Of a stretch of DNA of 64,000 nucleotides, positions 12,802 to 25,200 are shown piece by piece. Location: contig NW_026262690.1 in assembly GCF_021869535.1 (NCBI RefSeq), forward strand, positions 83,142,001-83,206,000, in the 5' to 3' direction. Every line of letters begins with the position of its first letter. Within the stretch, counting starts at the first letter, position 1. The notes under the pieces are model-generated. The model searched no databases. It saw only the letters and a program-made list of their open reading frames with translations, and had not been told where the DNA came from. This DNA comes from Mytilus californianus. Its lineage: Eukaryota. The position numbers and the translations under genes are program-made.

Positions 12802-15161
12802 ATGTCGTCTTATGTAATGCTCCTACTTTTGCTTTCTGTGGTAATGGGAAGACCATCTATAGGTAGGTGGATATTATTTTAAGCATTTTTTACTCCTACA
12901 TTCTATTGATTACAGACTAAATCTCATATTGTTTAGGGCTGTCAGAGACTCTAACTATTATGAATAAATGTTTCTTTTGTCAAAGTATATGTGGTGTTAA
13001 AAAAAAACTAAACACTGTTATGCAATACTTTCCCATATACCCACAACAGAAAACTAGAGGCTCTAAAAGAGCCTGTGTCGCTCACTTTGGTCTATATGCA
13101 TATTCAACAAATGACACTCTCCAACATTGTAGGCGATAATAGGATTCATGACAAAAATCTCTGTTTTGTTGATCTTGTATTGCTGATCATTTACTCCGTT
13201 TAGTTTCTCTCTATCTTTAGTTTTTGCTCAAAACACAAAAGAGGGTAAAACAAAATCCTAAATTAAGGGCAATCACTCCTATAAAGAGTTACAGTCTACT
13301 AACTCTATCGGCAAAATTTGACGTGTTAGTAGATCATGTCTTGCTAATGTATTTTGCTTATTAAAGTTTATATCTATCTATTATAATTTTTATCATATAA
13401 GGGACAACGCAAAAAAAACAATATGGTAAAAATCATCATTAAAGGGCAATAACTCCAATAAGGAGTCATCGGACGATTTCCACCATATTGTATTACTAGT
13501 AATTGTAGATCTTGTCTTGCTGATCATTTTTGCCTATTTAAGTTCCTATCTATCTATTATAATTTTTAAGATATAAGGCAAAACGCAAAAATTTGGTAAA
13601 AATTTGTCATCAAAGGGCCATAACTCTAATAAGGAGTCGACTGACGATTTCATTCAATAGACAAATTTTTAGAACATGTCTAGCTAATCAGTTTTGCATT
13701 TTAAAGTTTCTCTCTATCTATTATAGTTTTTTCAAGATAAAAGGCAAAAATGAAAAAAATGGTAAAATTTGTGAATTAAGGACAATAACTCCTATAAGAA
13801 ATCGTCTGACAGTTTTGACATAAATGGACAATAGGTAGAGCTCAACATTCTGAACATTTTTGCCTTGTCAGATATTCTTTATTTATAACGGTTTTCAAAA
13901 TAATAGACAAAACTTGCATTTTACCCCTACGTTCTATTTTTAGCCATCTTGGTTGGCGAGCGGGATCATCGGACACATTTTTTAAATTAGAAACCTCAAT
14001 GATGATTGTGGCCAAGTTTGATTAAATTTGGCCCAATAGTTTCAGAGGAGAAGACTTTTGTAAAAGTTAACGAGGACGACGACGGAGACGACGACGGACG
14101 ACGACTGACGACGGACACTGACGACGGACGCCAAGTCATGGGAAAAGCTCACTTGGCCTTTTAGGCCAGGTGAGCTAAAAATGGTTGCAGATTCACACTA
14201 TGATGAATTAAGGCAAAATGTTTTTACCTACTGAATAAAAGCCTACAAACTATTGTTTCATTTTTGAAATACATAAACATACAAAACACATACACATACA
14301 CAAAAGAAAACACAACATAAGAAGCAAAAATATATAGCAATATAAAATTTCCAGAAAAGTATTTTAGTAGCAAATTTGAATTGCAACTGTAATTTCCTCT
14401 TTAACTTCAATTAGCAAAAGGCTTGAATTAGCAGAGTGGTGAATAAACCAAATGAAAATACAGCATCTTTGTATCAATGTTAATAGTTCCTCTGTACAAA
14501 AATCTGTCAATGGTAATACTTATAATTTGACCATCTTTGCATTCTTGGAAATAACACAAGATAAAAGTAATACGATATTTGAATATACATCTACCATTAT
14601 CAAACTGTTTATTATAGTAAGAACTCGTCACAGGTACCATGTTTAAATCATGTATTCCAACACGCATTTCGTCTACACAAGACTCATTAGTGTCGCTCTA
14701 ATCAAAATCAATCTATTGATTTCGACATGTGGCAACTTGGCTTAAAATAACCAATCGGAGAAACAAAAAAAGTCCAATAAAATAAAGTATTTAATGTTTT
14801 TTTCACAGAAAAAAGACAGACTTCCAACACTAATCAACAGCTATCACCAGACCAGTTTATCAATCCCAATTTTACATCCAGTGGAACTAATTTTCAACCA
14901 CAGCAATTCGTGAATCCATCATTTCAACAGAATGGCAACAACACCAACCCAAATTTCATGCCAAGTTTCATCGATCCTTCACAGTTCTTGAAAGGAACCG
15001 GAGGTACAGGTAGTGGTAGTTCATCTGGGAACAGTTCATCTACTTCCGGTGGAATTTTTTCTCCTCAGCAGTTTATCAATCCTTTCAGTTCTGGTGGAAA
15101 TTCTTCAAGTTTTAGCTTTATTGACCCCGGAAAGTTTATCGGAAAAAGGACAGTTAAGTGA
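12802..15161 (+). CDS. Secreted Gln/Asn/Ser-rich F[IV][ND]P-repeat prepropeptide 3 (137 aa, 2 exons: 12802-12862, 14809-15161)
   Basis: Exon 1 reads MSSYVMLLLLLSVVMGRPSI+G then gtaggt at 12863. The acceptor ttttcacag ends at 14808. The join gives RPSIEKR|QTSNTNQQ..., in frame with ORF 14910-15161. Ends FIDPGKFIGKRTVK*. Confidence 0.82.
13090..14181 (+). mobile_element. HINE/pearl-like element inside the intron of secreted gene 3
   Basis: A 5' gctcac subterminal motif, 3-4 degenerate ~170-bp tandem units (aagggcaataactcc..), a (GAC/GACG)n microsatellite at about 14075-14130, and a 3' hairpin agctcacttggcc-tttta-ggccaggtgagct followed by aaaaa. Confidence 0.75.
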
Positions 15162-16452
15162 TAACGTTCAATCGTATGTCATAAAAACGCTAAATACTGA
15201 ACTCTGTCTTATTACTGACTGATATCAAAATTTTAAAGTAATCTTTTTCATAAATTAAGCCATAATGAATTAAACAAAGGGACTAGACGAGATTTTCGTT
15301 CAAGTGGTCATTGTGAACCTCCGGATAGCACAGATGTATAGGAACACACATATTTACTTCGATTCAAAAACTCATAAAAAATACCTTATGAGTTTGTTAC
15401 GCCAGATGCGTGTTTTGTCTACAAAGGACTCATCAGTGACACTCGAATAAAACAACAATAAAAGTCCAAATAAAGTATGAACATTGAATTAGGGGATTGA
15501 TTTCAGAAGTTAGATTTCCAACCAACATCTGCACCTACCTCAGCTAGTTTCCTGTAGTAGCGACCCTGCATTCCAAATTATGTGCCGCGTTTTATTTCCT
15601 TGTTCATGCTAGTGGTCATCCTGTTGGCAGCTGCACTGTGGAGGTTTTTCATTATGTGCTTTAGTTTTATGACATATGGTATAGATAGCCTTTTTGCATA
15701 CGTTAAACTAGTTTAACCCCACCAATAGTGTGCCTGTGCCAATTCAGGCTATCATAGACCATGTGTTCTTCAAAGATGTTTGTCTTGGTTTGTAAATCTG
15801 GGTTTTTGTCGTCGGAGTCGGGTGCTGGTGGTTGATGTGAGCTGTCGTACTGTGTGGTATTTTTGGCGATTCCTGTTATCCTCATAATGTTTATGTTTGA
15901 TGTAGTTTGGTTGCTGCTTCATTCACGTATAACCCTATTTTTTTTTTATTCATTTTCAACAATCAAATAATCTAATAATAGTATTAAAATATAAGAAATG
16001 CCAACCCTTTTCAATGAAATTATCTAAGTTGTCTTTATTCTTCTTACCACAACTAGTCTTCTTAACAATAAAACATGATCGCATTTGCACACAAAGAAAT
16101 GTGAAAGAGAAAACAAGTCAAGTAGCACGCGAGTAACAAGAAAAAAACAACCAGAGATACAACTTACGGGTTTCAACAATAGACAAATGTGAATGCAATA
16201 TGTCATTCCTTTCCGAGTCAGGATTTTTTTAAATAAATATTTTTACTGGATTTTTTTTTAATTTAAAAAGAAAAATTGCAATTAAATTGTTGCTGTGTAA
16301 ACCAAATTATATCTTCATGTCGTGAAAGGTCATCTATCAGTTATCTATATTATTAGTGTCATACGTCCAAGATTAAGGTTCCGTGGGATGACAGATGTTT
16401 CGTTAATATAATTTAAGACAAAGTTTAAAATTGTTCACCCTCTTTTATCACC

Positions 16453-18869
16453 ATGAAGACGGCTACATTTGTACTGCTGGTAGTATGTACCGTGCAGGGA
16501 TCTCCAGTTTATAGAGGTGAGTCTTCGTACATTTATTGCTGACGACAACATAAAAATAGTGCTGATATTAAATTGTCCAGTCTTTCAGATGCATTAGTCA
16601 ATGCTTCTTGTATTGTCTAGTTATGGATGATATATAAAAGGAGATCTAGTGTATATGTCGATGAGATAAAAACACAACCAAACAAACACAACCGACGTTG
16701 TTTTACTTAGTTTGGGGTCGTAAGTCATTATTTATTGCCATTTCACTGGACTGAGACATCGGCCTTTTCGAACTACATGTATTTGGAACTTGCGTCTATG
16801 ATGAAAATGGTATAAAAGCTTTATGGGTGCAAGATACCTCACAATCATTTACAGAATCGGCAAGGTTTAAGTAAAAGCTAAATATCCATTTGGAAAATTT
16901 ATATTATTTAAAGTTAAAATTGTTTTTAGACTATGTAAGACCATTAAGTCTGTGCCTTTTAGACACTATAAGACTATTCTAAGTATTTCCGTTCCTTTCA
17001 GACTGTGTAAGACTTTTTCGTATTACCGTTCCTTTTGTTCCTTTCAGACTGTGTAAGACTTTTTCGTATTACCGTTCCTTTTATTATATGTCAAAATGTT
17101 TAATAATATCTTTCCTTGCAGAATATGTAAGGCGAGCAAGTAGTCTCGGAAACTTCGACCCAAATGCCCTGTATCAACAACAGTCACAGTCGGCACAATC
17201 GTACCTGAAGGGTTCCGGAAGTGTAGCATCTCCTGGTGGATCTGTGCAGACAGGAGGGTCAAGTAGTGGATCTACGGGTAGTTTTGATCCAAATGCTTTA
17301 TTCAAACAGCAATCACAACAAACAAGTCAGGCATTATCAAGTAGTTCACAGCAATCATCTGGTAGTTCATCAGGTCAACAGTCAAGTGGAGGAAGTGCAA
17401 CTTTTGACCCGAACGCTGTTAATACAATGACATCACAACAAAAGTCCCCACAAACGATGAGTGGACAACAGTCTGGTAGTGGTTCAACTGGAACATTTGA
17501 CCCAAATGCCCTGAACAGTAAGATACCTCAGCAACAGCAAAGTGGTGGAGCACAACCGCAAAGTTCTGGTGGATCACAACAGTCAGGGAGTGGTTCAACT
17601 GGAACATTTGACCCAAATGCCCTGAACAGTAAGATACCTAAGCAACAGCAAAGTGCTGGAGCTGGTGGAGCACAACCGCAAAGCTCTGGTGGATCACAAC
17701 AGGCAGGAAGTGGATCAACTGGAACATTTAATCCGAATGCCATGAACAGTCAGATGTCTCAGCAACAGCAAAGTGCTGGTGGTGGTGGAGCACAACCGCA
17801 AAGTTCTAGTGGAGGTGGAATGTCTTCGGGTAGTGGTGGATTCAATCCTTCAGCTTTGAACAATCAAATGTTACAACAGAATCTGAAACAAATAGCCAAC
17901 AGTAAACCAACTGGCAGTAGCAGCTCTATGTCTGGAGGCAGTAATTCCATGGGAGGAGGCAGTAGTTCAATGGGAGGAGGCAGCAGTTCTATGGGTGGAG
18001 GAAGTAGTTCTATGGGCAGTGGCGGAAGTAGTTCTATGGGCAGTGGCGGTAGTAGTTCTATGGGCAGTGGCGGTAGTAGTTCTATGGGCAGTGGCGGTAG
18101 TAGTTCTATGGGTAGTGGTGGTAGTAGTTCAATGGGTAGTGGCGGTAGTGGTGGTAGTAGTTCTATGGGCAGTGGCGGTAGTAGCTCCATGGGCAGTGGC
18201 AGCAGTTCTATGAGTGGTGGTTCAAGTGGAGGATCAGGAGGGTTTGATCCAAATGCACTTAACAGTCCAGATAAAAATAAGATTGATCCGTCAATGTTTA
18301 TGAGTGGTGGAACAAATGCTCTAGCAAATAAGATGAGTGGAGGCTCTGGTGGAAGTTCTAGCAGTGGATCACAAATGAGTTCAGGTGGTTCACAGATGGG
18401 TTCGGGTGGTTCACAAATGGGTTCAGGTAGTTCACAGATGGGCTCTGGAGGATCACAGATGGGTTCAGGTGGTTCCCAAATGGGTTCAGGTAGTTCACAG
18501 ATGGGATCAGGTGGTTCACAGACGAGTTCTGGAGGATCACAAATGGGTTCTGGAGGGTCACAGATGGGATCAGGAAGTTCACAGATGAGTTCAGGTGGTT
18601 CTGGTGGTTCATCAAGCAGTAGCTCTCAGAGTGGAAGTTCAGGTGGTTCTGGTGGTTCATCAAGCAGTAGCTCTCAGAGTGGAAGTTCCGGCGGTGGATC
18701 GTCAGGAAGTTTTGACCCAAATAAGCTGAACCAGCAGATGATGTCTCAATCAAATATGATGAACCCATCTCAGTTTATGAGTGGAACAAATGCAGGTGCT
18801 TCTTCCGGGTCAATGGGAAAAGGACTTCAGTACAATCTGTTCAATCCAAATCAATTTGTTGGAAAATAA
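16453..18869 (+). CDS. Large secreted Gly/Ser/Gln/Met-rich FDPN-repeat protein 4 (603 aa, 2 exons: 16453-16516, 17122-18869)
   Basis: Exon 1 reads MKTATFVLLVVCTVQGSPVYR+G then gtgagt at 16517. The acceptor tttccttgcag ends at 17121. The join gives SPVYREYVRR|ASSLGNFDPN..., in frame with ORF 17088-18869. Ten F[DN]P[NS] motifs; ends FNPNQFVGK*. Confidence 0.9.
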
Positions 18870-21575
18870 AACTTTGATGAAAGTATTAGGGTTATTACTA
18901 TGTCATAAATCATTATTCAAATGGTTGAAAATACATTTTTTATACGTTACTGATTGGGCAATACGTCAATTGCGAAGTCGCTGAGATTAAACAATGCCTT
19001 GTGTATCATTTTGTCTGCTCACATGCAGTACATATAGTTAACTTAATAACAAGCTGATAGATCTGCTGCAACAGGAACCAAAAACTTATTTCTGCATAGT
19101 TAAAATAGAATTCTTAATTATTTACGAAGGTCAAATTTCAGGTTCTCGTCGCTATATAGCCGCTGACGTAACGTTAAACAACAATCAATCAATTTATCAA
19201 TCAAAAATCATTTTTGAAACAAATCGATTAGAATATGAGCTGAAAAGGCAGATATTTCAGTTTTACCCACTGTTCCATATACCGCATCTAAACATTCTTA
19301 AATATACGTTTTAAAAATGCGATAATATGTAAATGACAATTTTTACTGAGGCTTTTTTGTTGATCAATATGTAAATTATATGTCTGCATTGATAATTGAC
19401 AAATAAATGTCATGTTTACATTTTAAATGGCATTAAATGAACATGTAGATCGGATAAATCATAAGGATAAGTACTATGGCACATGCTTCATAAAGGACCT
19501 TTAAACAGTTAAATAAATTTACTTTTCATTCTAATTTTTGATCATAAATCCATTTACAGGAAAATATTGCTGTAATTAATACAGCTAGGCGACTATGTGG
19601 TCACGATCGAAACACAAACTCTCTTTTATACCTTATACAATTCTTTAATATATTGCGAATTAAAAATCCGTTTTGATTTCAATCAAAGCTCTTCATAAAA
19701 CGTACACTCACTGTAAATAAACAAGTTGATGTGAAAACCAAAACTTATGTGTTCAATAGAAATGAAATATTTATATTTATGCAATAAAGTGATTCGATTT
19801 TGGGTCGTCTGACATTTAGAAAAATATAAACACCCGATACACACAAGGAAAATAGTAAACATTCTAATGAAGCTAAATTAAATTTTCTTTGTATTTTATA
19901 TTTTTTTGTCATGAAAAAAATAATTTCCGAGTGATTAACCTCCGGCCATTGAACGCGTTTGTTCAATATGAATAAAGGAGATATACTCCATACGGCCAAT
20001 AGACACCAACAATCGACATTGGAACCATCAAAATGCACACAAAAACATACACTACCTTATCTAGCATATTGTAGTAGCGAGCACATATTTTGAACCAGTT
20101 TCTAAAGTATGTACCTTTTTTCTATTGTGTGTTTTGGTTTTAAGACAAATGGTCAAAAAAGGAAAAGGAGGAGGTTAATTCCCACGTAACACTGGTTTAA
20201 CCGAATTACATTTGAGTGTCTGTACCAAGTCAGGTTAACCGAACCATGTGTTGTTTGTTGTTGTTATGTATTTGTTTGTATGTTTGTTTTCTCGAAGGAG
20301 TCGGATGTTTGTTTTTGATGTGTTCAGTTGTAATGTGCGGTATTTTTGGTGATTCATGGTATCCTCTTTTATGAATAATTACTCAACAATAACGGCGTAA
20401 AAGACAAAAATACTTACACAAGTACAAACGCACAAACACAAAAAAAAACAATGGTTGAAAAGTTACATCGTGTCAAAGAATGCTCGAAGTTATTGTGGAG
20501 CAGGATCTGCTTACCCTTCCGGAGCACCTGATATCACCTGATATCACCCCCGGTTTTTGGTGGTGTTCGTGTTGCTCAGTCTTCGGTTTTCTATTTGGTG
20601 TTTTGTGTACTGTTGTTTGTCTTTTGGTCTTTTTCCTTTTTTGCCATGGCGTTGTCAATTTATTTTCGACTTATGAGTTTGAGTGTCCCTTTGGTATCTT
20701 TCGCCTATCCTTTTCTGAAAACAAGCTCAACTGTTGACAGTATGCAATCTTATACTCAAACATCGTTGTATAATGGTTCAAAAACATCATCTTTTTGGAT
20801 GAATATTATCAATCTATATACAGCGCGAGCAAAACCGAATACGTGCTTTGAAGAATGGACGAACATTGACAAATACGCATGTGAAATGTAAAATGTAAAA
20901 TAAGTTCAGTTTGTATTTCCAAGGTAAAATTTTATTTGACGTAAAACATAAGTAAAAGGTAGGTTTCCAAATATAAACGCTAAAATAAAATAAATTAAAT
21001 TGCTTTGTATATATAAATGCTAAAATGAAATATATTTAATTGCTCGCTTGAATCACATATATAAAATGTCTTTACCCCTTCATCTTATAAATAGTACCTG
21101 TGTTTTATTCATAAAAATGGTCTTCATGAATATCAAATAATACTTTCTGATTTAAGAGTTATTCACCTTTATCATGAATAACACAGACGTCTCTAATTCT
21201 CTATTATTTTCTTTCAACCATAGCGTTTCCATATATAACCAATGAAAAACTCTAAACCAGTTTTTTCGTGTTGTTTTATAATTTAGTTCCTATATCCGTT
21301 GTCTGGTATTTTTTAACTATTGCCTCATTCGTGTACAACATCAAAAGTTGCAGTGTTGCCTTGGGCTACTCGAAATCCATACGATTTGATAGTCGTAACA
21401 TCCAAAACTTTTCAAAACAAGTTTACATAGGAGATTGGATGTCAAAATACTACAAGAAACGCGGAAACAATCTGCCGTAATTCAATAACTAAGGCTGGGT
21501 TTCTCAGCAATATCATTACAATATTAAACGAAAAAAGCACCACTTCTAACAATGAAATATATATACGTGTCCATT

Positions 21576-22220
21576 TCAAACCGTCATGGCATCTTCTTCA
21601 ATTGGTTCACGTTTGTAAAACATCTGAAGTTTATTGTGTAGGACATGATCACTAACACTTAATCGTTTTGAAAGAATTAATGACCGTGAAATATGTGGCG
21701 TTTTCGCTTTCTCTGTTTGAGGTAGTGTTTCTAACGGCGCTAGTTTCCTATTCCTCCGGCCTCTGAATCCTTTAAGGTGATGGCAGTAAAACCGGTCACA
21801 GAATGGATCATCTGACCGAGTTGACGGTATTCCTTTAATTCCAATGGCTTCTGTCGAATATGCTTTAAATTTTCCTAAAGTATGCGTTTCTTTTTTCTTT
21901 GCAACATTCAGTCTTAGAGATAGAAAGGGTAATTCGTCCATATTTGGATATCTTCGTAAAATGCGTTCAAGGTCTCTTTCTACCACGTCTTTTCTGCTTT
22001 GACCGATCCTTAATGCATCATTTTTATGTTTGTATATTATTTTTTCTTGAACACGTAATTGTTTGTCTAACATTCGGTTTATCACTTTGACTTTTGACCT
22101 TGCATCAGAATCCAATTTATCATAAATAGTCGGCAAACAAGCATTGTTTATAGGAGGCGCTGCAACAGTCAATCCACCTCCCTCTTGAAATATTGCCGAA
22201 TTTAGAAAAGAATCTTCCAT
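21576..22220 (-). CDS. Uncharacterised basic protein, 214 aa, uninterrupted CDS (paralog A, ends DAMTV)
   Basis: ATG-initiated 214-aa ORF, collinear with the ORF at 39251-39904 (AAPPxNNACLPxIYxKLD, QEKII, PNMD, PFCxRFYxHH, DAMTV). Protein-level conservation between two copies supports coding. Confidence 0.8.
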   Translation of the reverse strand: MEDSFLNSAIFQEGGGLTVAAPPINNACLPTIYDKLDSDARSKVKVINRMLDKQLRVQEKIIYKHKNDALRIGQSRKDVVERDLERILRRYPNMDELPFLSLRLNVAKKKETHTLGKFKAYSTEAIGIKGIPSTRSDDPFCDRFYCHHLKGFRGRRNRKLAPLETLPQTEKAKTPHISRSLILSKRLSVSDHVLHNKLQMFYKREPIEEDAMTV

Positions 22221-25200
22221 GATTCTGCTAACAATTTTGAAACCTGCGGATTTTCATTTTGTGTTATCTAAAATCAATATTGTCATGCTAACGGTAATGA
22301 TTTAGTCTCCCTTTCGCATCACATTTTATGTAAATTTGTATAAAAGACAATCTTCTGAAAAGTCAACGTATTTTATAAAAAGAAATAAGCCTTTTCACAG
22401 TTTGAAGTTTCCGTGCAAATATTGACGAACTGAGAAGATTTTGTGTTTACACTTGTTCGACCGCAGTTGGTTTATAATTACATATTTGTACGACACTATG
22501 ACTGAATCAACAGAAATACATTGAATATATTTTATTAAAATCAGTGAAACGTAGGGTCGCGTTATTTCTCTAGCTTATTACGTATTGATTCTTTGTAGAG
22601 ATATCTTTTAACAAGTATCATTGAATGTAAGAAATACCAAGACTTACTTTTTTAATTTGTTAAAAAGCAATTTGATGAAGATTAATGATGTAAGGAAGAT
22701 TCTATAAGATTACGAAAAGATAGTTTTAAATCTTTGTTAAACATATAATATAAGAAAGGGTTTTACACTTAACGTTATGGTTACACAAATATTAAAATGT
22801 CATTGTTTTTCCAACAAATAATATGAGAAATTAAAAGTTTAAAGTGTACTAATACTAAATACAAGATGGTATGCCGAGTCATTTTGGTGAAAATTGTCAA
22901 AGCGTATAGTGAAATTAAAAGTTCAACGAGGTTATCAAATAAACGAATGTTTTTGTTTAAAAATCTCACAGGTGGTATAACGTTTTTAACTTCTGAAATA
23001 TTTCATTTCATGTTTTGGACACAATACAGCATATTTCAAAGGGGCCACATCAGATCGAAGAAAAAGGCGTTTAAAAAGAGCAGTGAGTTGCGTATATGAG
23101 AAATTAAAACGAAAAATCTTTAATCTCCATCAACACAAATGTTTAATTCACAGCATAAATGTCCCCAGCATCGATATATAATTGTTTAAGTTGAGAAATC
23201 CTATCTAATTACAATTTAAATACCGATATTAAAGAACTGATATTGATTTAAAATGTGTTAAAAAATTCAACAAGCAATTTATACCATTATTAAGTATTTC
23301 AACGAAACATGCAAATCTATTCATATAAAATACATTTATGGATATTTGAACAAAAAATTACGAGTTAAGTCTGGTGCAGAATTTTCACTGCATGGTGCAC
23401 TCACTTAAATCTTTGTTTAAGACCATTGTAGATAGGAAACGCATAGAATAAGTTGCTTCATTCAATCTTTGTTTATATTTTTGGCGCCATTCAATAAACC
23501 GAATTGTCCCAGTTAGGAATTTGACAGTCGTCGTTGATTTGTTCATTTGATTGAACCTGTTTTTTGTGAATAACTGTGAGGGTGGTGGGGGCGGAATTTC
23601 GTATTATTTTTTAATCTTTGGAATCTGGTAACCATTCACCTCTTTTAATTCATATTTAGTTAAATCTTGACTCGCTTCCTCGTTGACACAAAACTAATGT
23701 AATTTTACTAGTGATTACTGGGTATATCTTCCCATAGATTTGAACAAATGTCTTACATAATGTATTGCTCCCAAAGTGACGGGTTCAATGTCATCTTTGG
23801 ATAAGATAGGTTTAACAAACGTCCTCTATTAGGATCTAGTCAGTATACACAGTTTCATCTAAGTATATGGCTAATGAAGACGCGCGGTGTTTTAGTATCT
23901 GTTAGATCTTGGACATTATATATTAGTATAATAGTCCAAGGTTAAATTAATTTTCATTGAAATATATTCCAAATCTCCCGTTATGTATATTAACCTGGTT
24001 TATGAATCGTTACGTACTAGGAAACCTTAAAAAAAATATTCGATATCAGAATATTTCGGTGAATACTTTTTTGAAAAGAATCAAAATGTAATGATAATGC
24101 ATGACCATATTGTATACTAAAGTCATGACTGTAGGTCGAAAGTTCTTCTTTCGAATATATAGACATCCCCGTTAGTATAATTAATACAGATTTCACGTGA
24201 CTTAATTGTACGATTTCCATGTGCAGTAAAAATGGCAAGCCCCGCATCGTATGCTTTACATATCTTTCATGTATATACTGATAAAAATGAAAATACTGAA
24301 TGTGAAAAACAGCGTTTGAACTATATGAGTATAGAATGTTATTGGTCAATATTATTGCAAATGCTTTGAACACTTAAATAAACAAGCACCCACGGCTAGA
24401 CGCAACATATATTTTAGATTAGAGAGAAATTTAGTAGTTCATCCTCACATTAAGACAAGCTAAAAGAAGTACTTGTTTGGCAGGTAATACTGTAGAGTGT
24501 GCAAAATGTATCTATCATTTTATTGTATTTGAATTTTATAATGAAAGCTTCCACTAGAATGCATAGAGACATTTTACATTCAATTTCCATGAAATTCAAT
24601 GTTTATGCACAAAATACCATGAAGGTAAAAGAAGTACCCCCCCCCCCTCAAAAAAAAAAAGGGAAAAAAAAGACTGAATAGACAGCACTTACGAAACACA
24701 ATCTATACCGAGCTGGCGAAGTCATTGTTAGGCGCATTAGTCTCTTGATTTCCCCGCTGGTTCATAGATCGTCCTAGATTTCTTTTTCCGCTTTCACAAA
24801 TTGACATATGATAAGAAAAAAAAAAGAATAATCAAACGCCATCAAGATACTTACACTTCAATGATATGGCTGGTTCGATAACCATTGAAATAAAAAGTGG
24901 TTTCAGCGGAAGGTTAATTTCGTTCTAAACGATTTATCATATTTATTTGATTAAATATCATAGTAATAATTCAATGCCATGATACCAGGACTCCAGCTAC
25001 TGGTGGTAACTGTTTAATTGTTTAATTAGTAATTCAATGCAGTACAGTGTTTTAAAATGAACACGATTTTACGAAAGTAAACATTGTACGTAAAATAAAG
25101 ATGATTTCCTTCAATTTTTGTTTTTCCCCATGATTTGCATCTTTTTAATGGATTCATGAGATTTGAAAATTGCTAACCTACAAGCTGTTGTTTTTAATTT

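Noticed and set aside
17088-17121. Track start MSKCLIISFLA for the 593-aa ORF
   Set aside because: It lies in the intron's polypyrimidine tract. The upstream signal-peptide exon at 16453-16516 splices in frame at 17122, as in the three paralogs.
523-18869. Multi-copy neuropeptide precursor interpretation of the FDPN repeats
   Set aside because: There are no dibasic or Gly-basic sites between repeats; processing sites occur only at the ends, so repeats would not be released individually.
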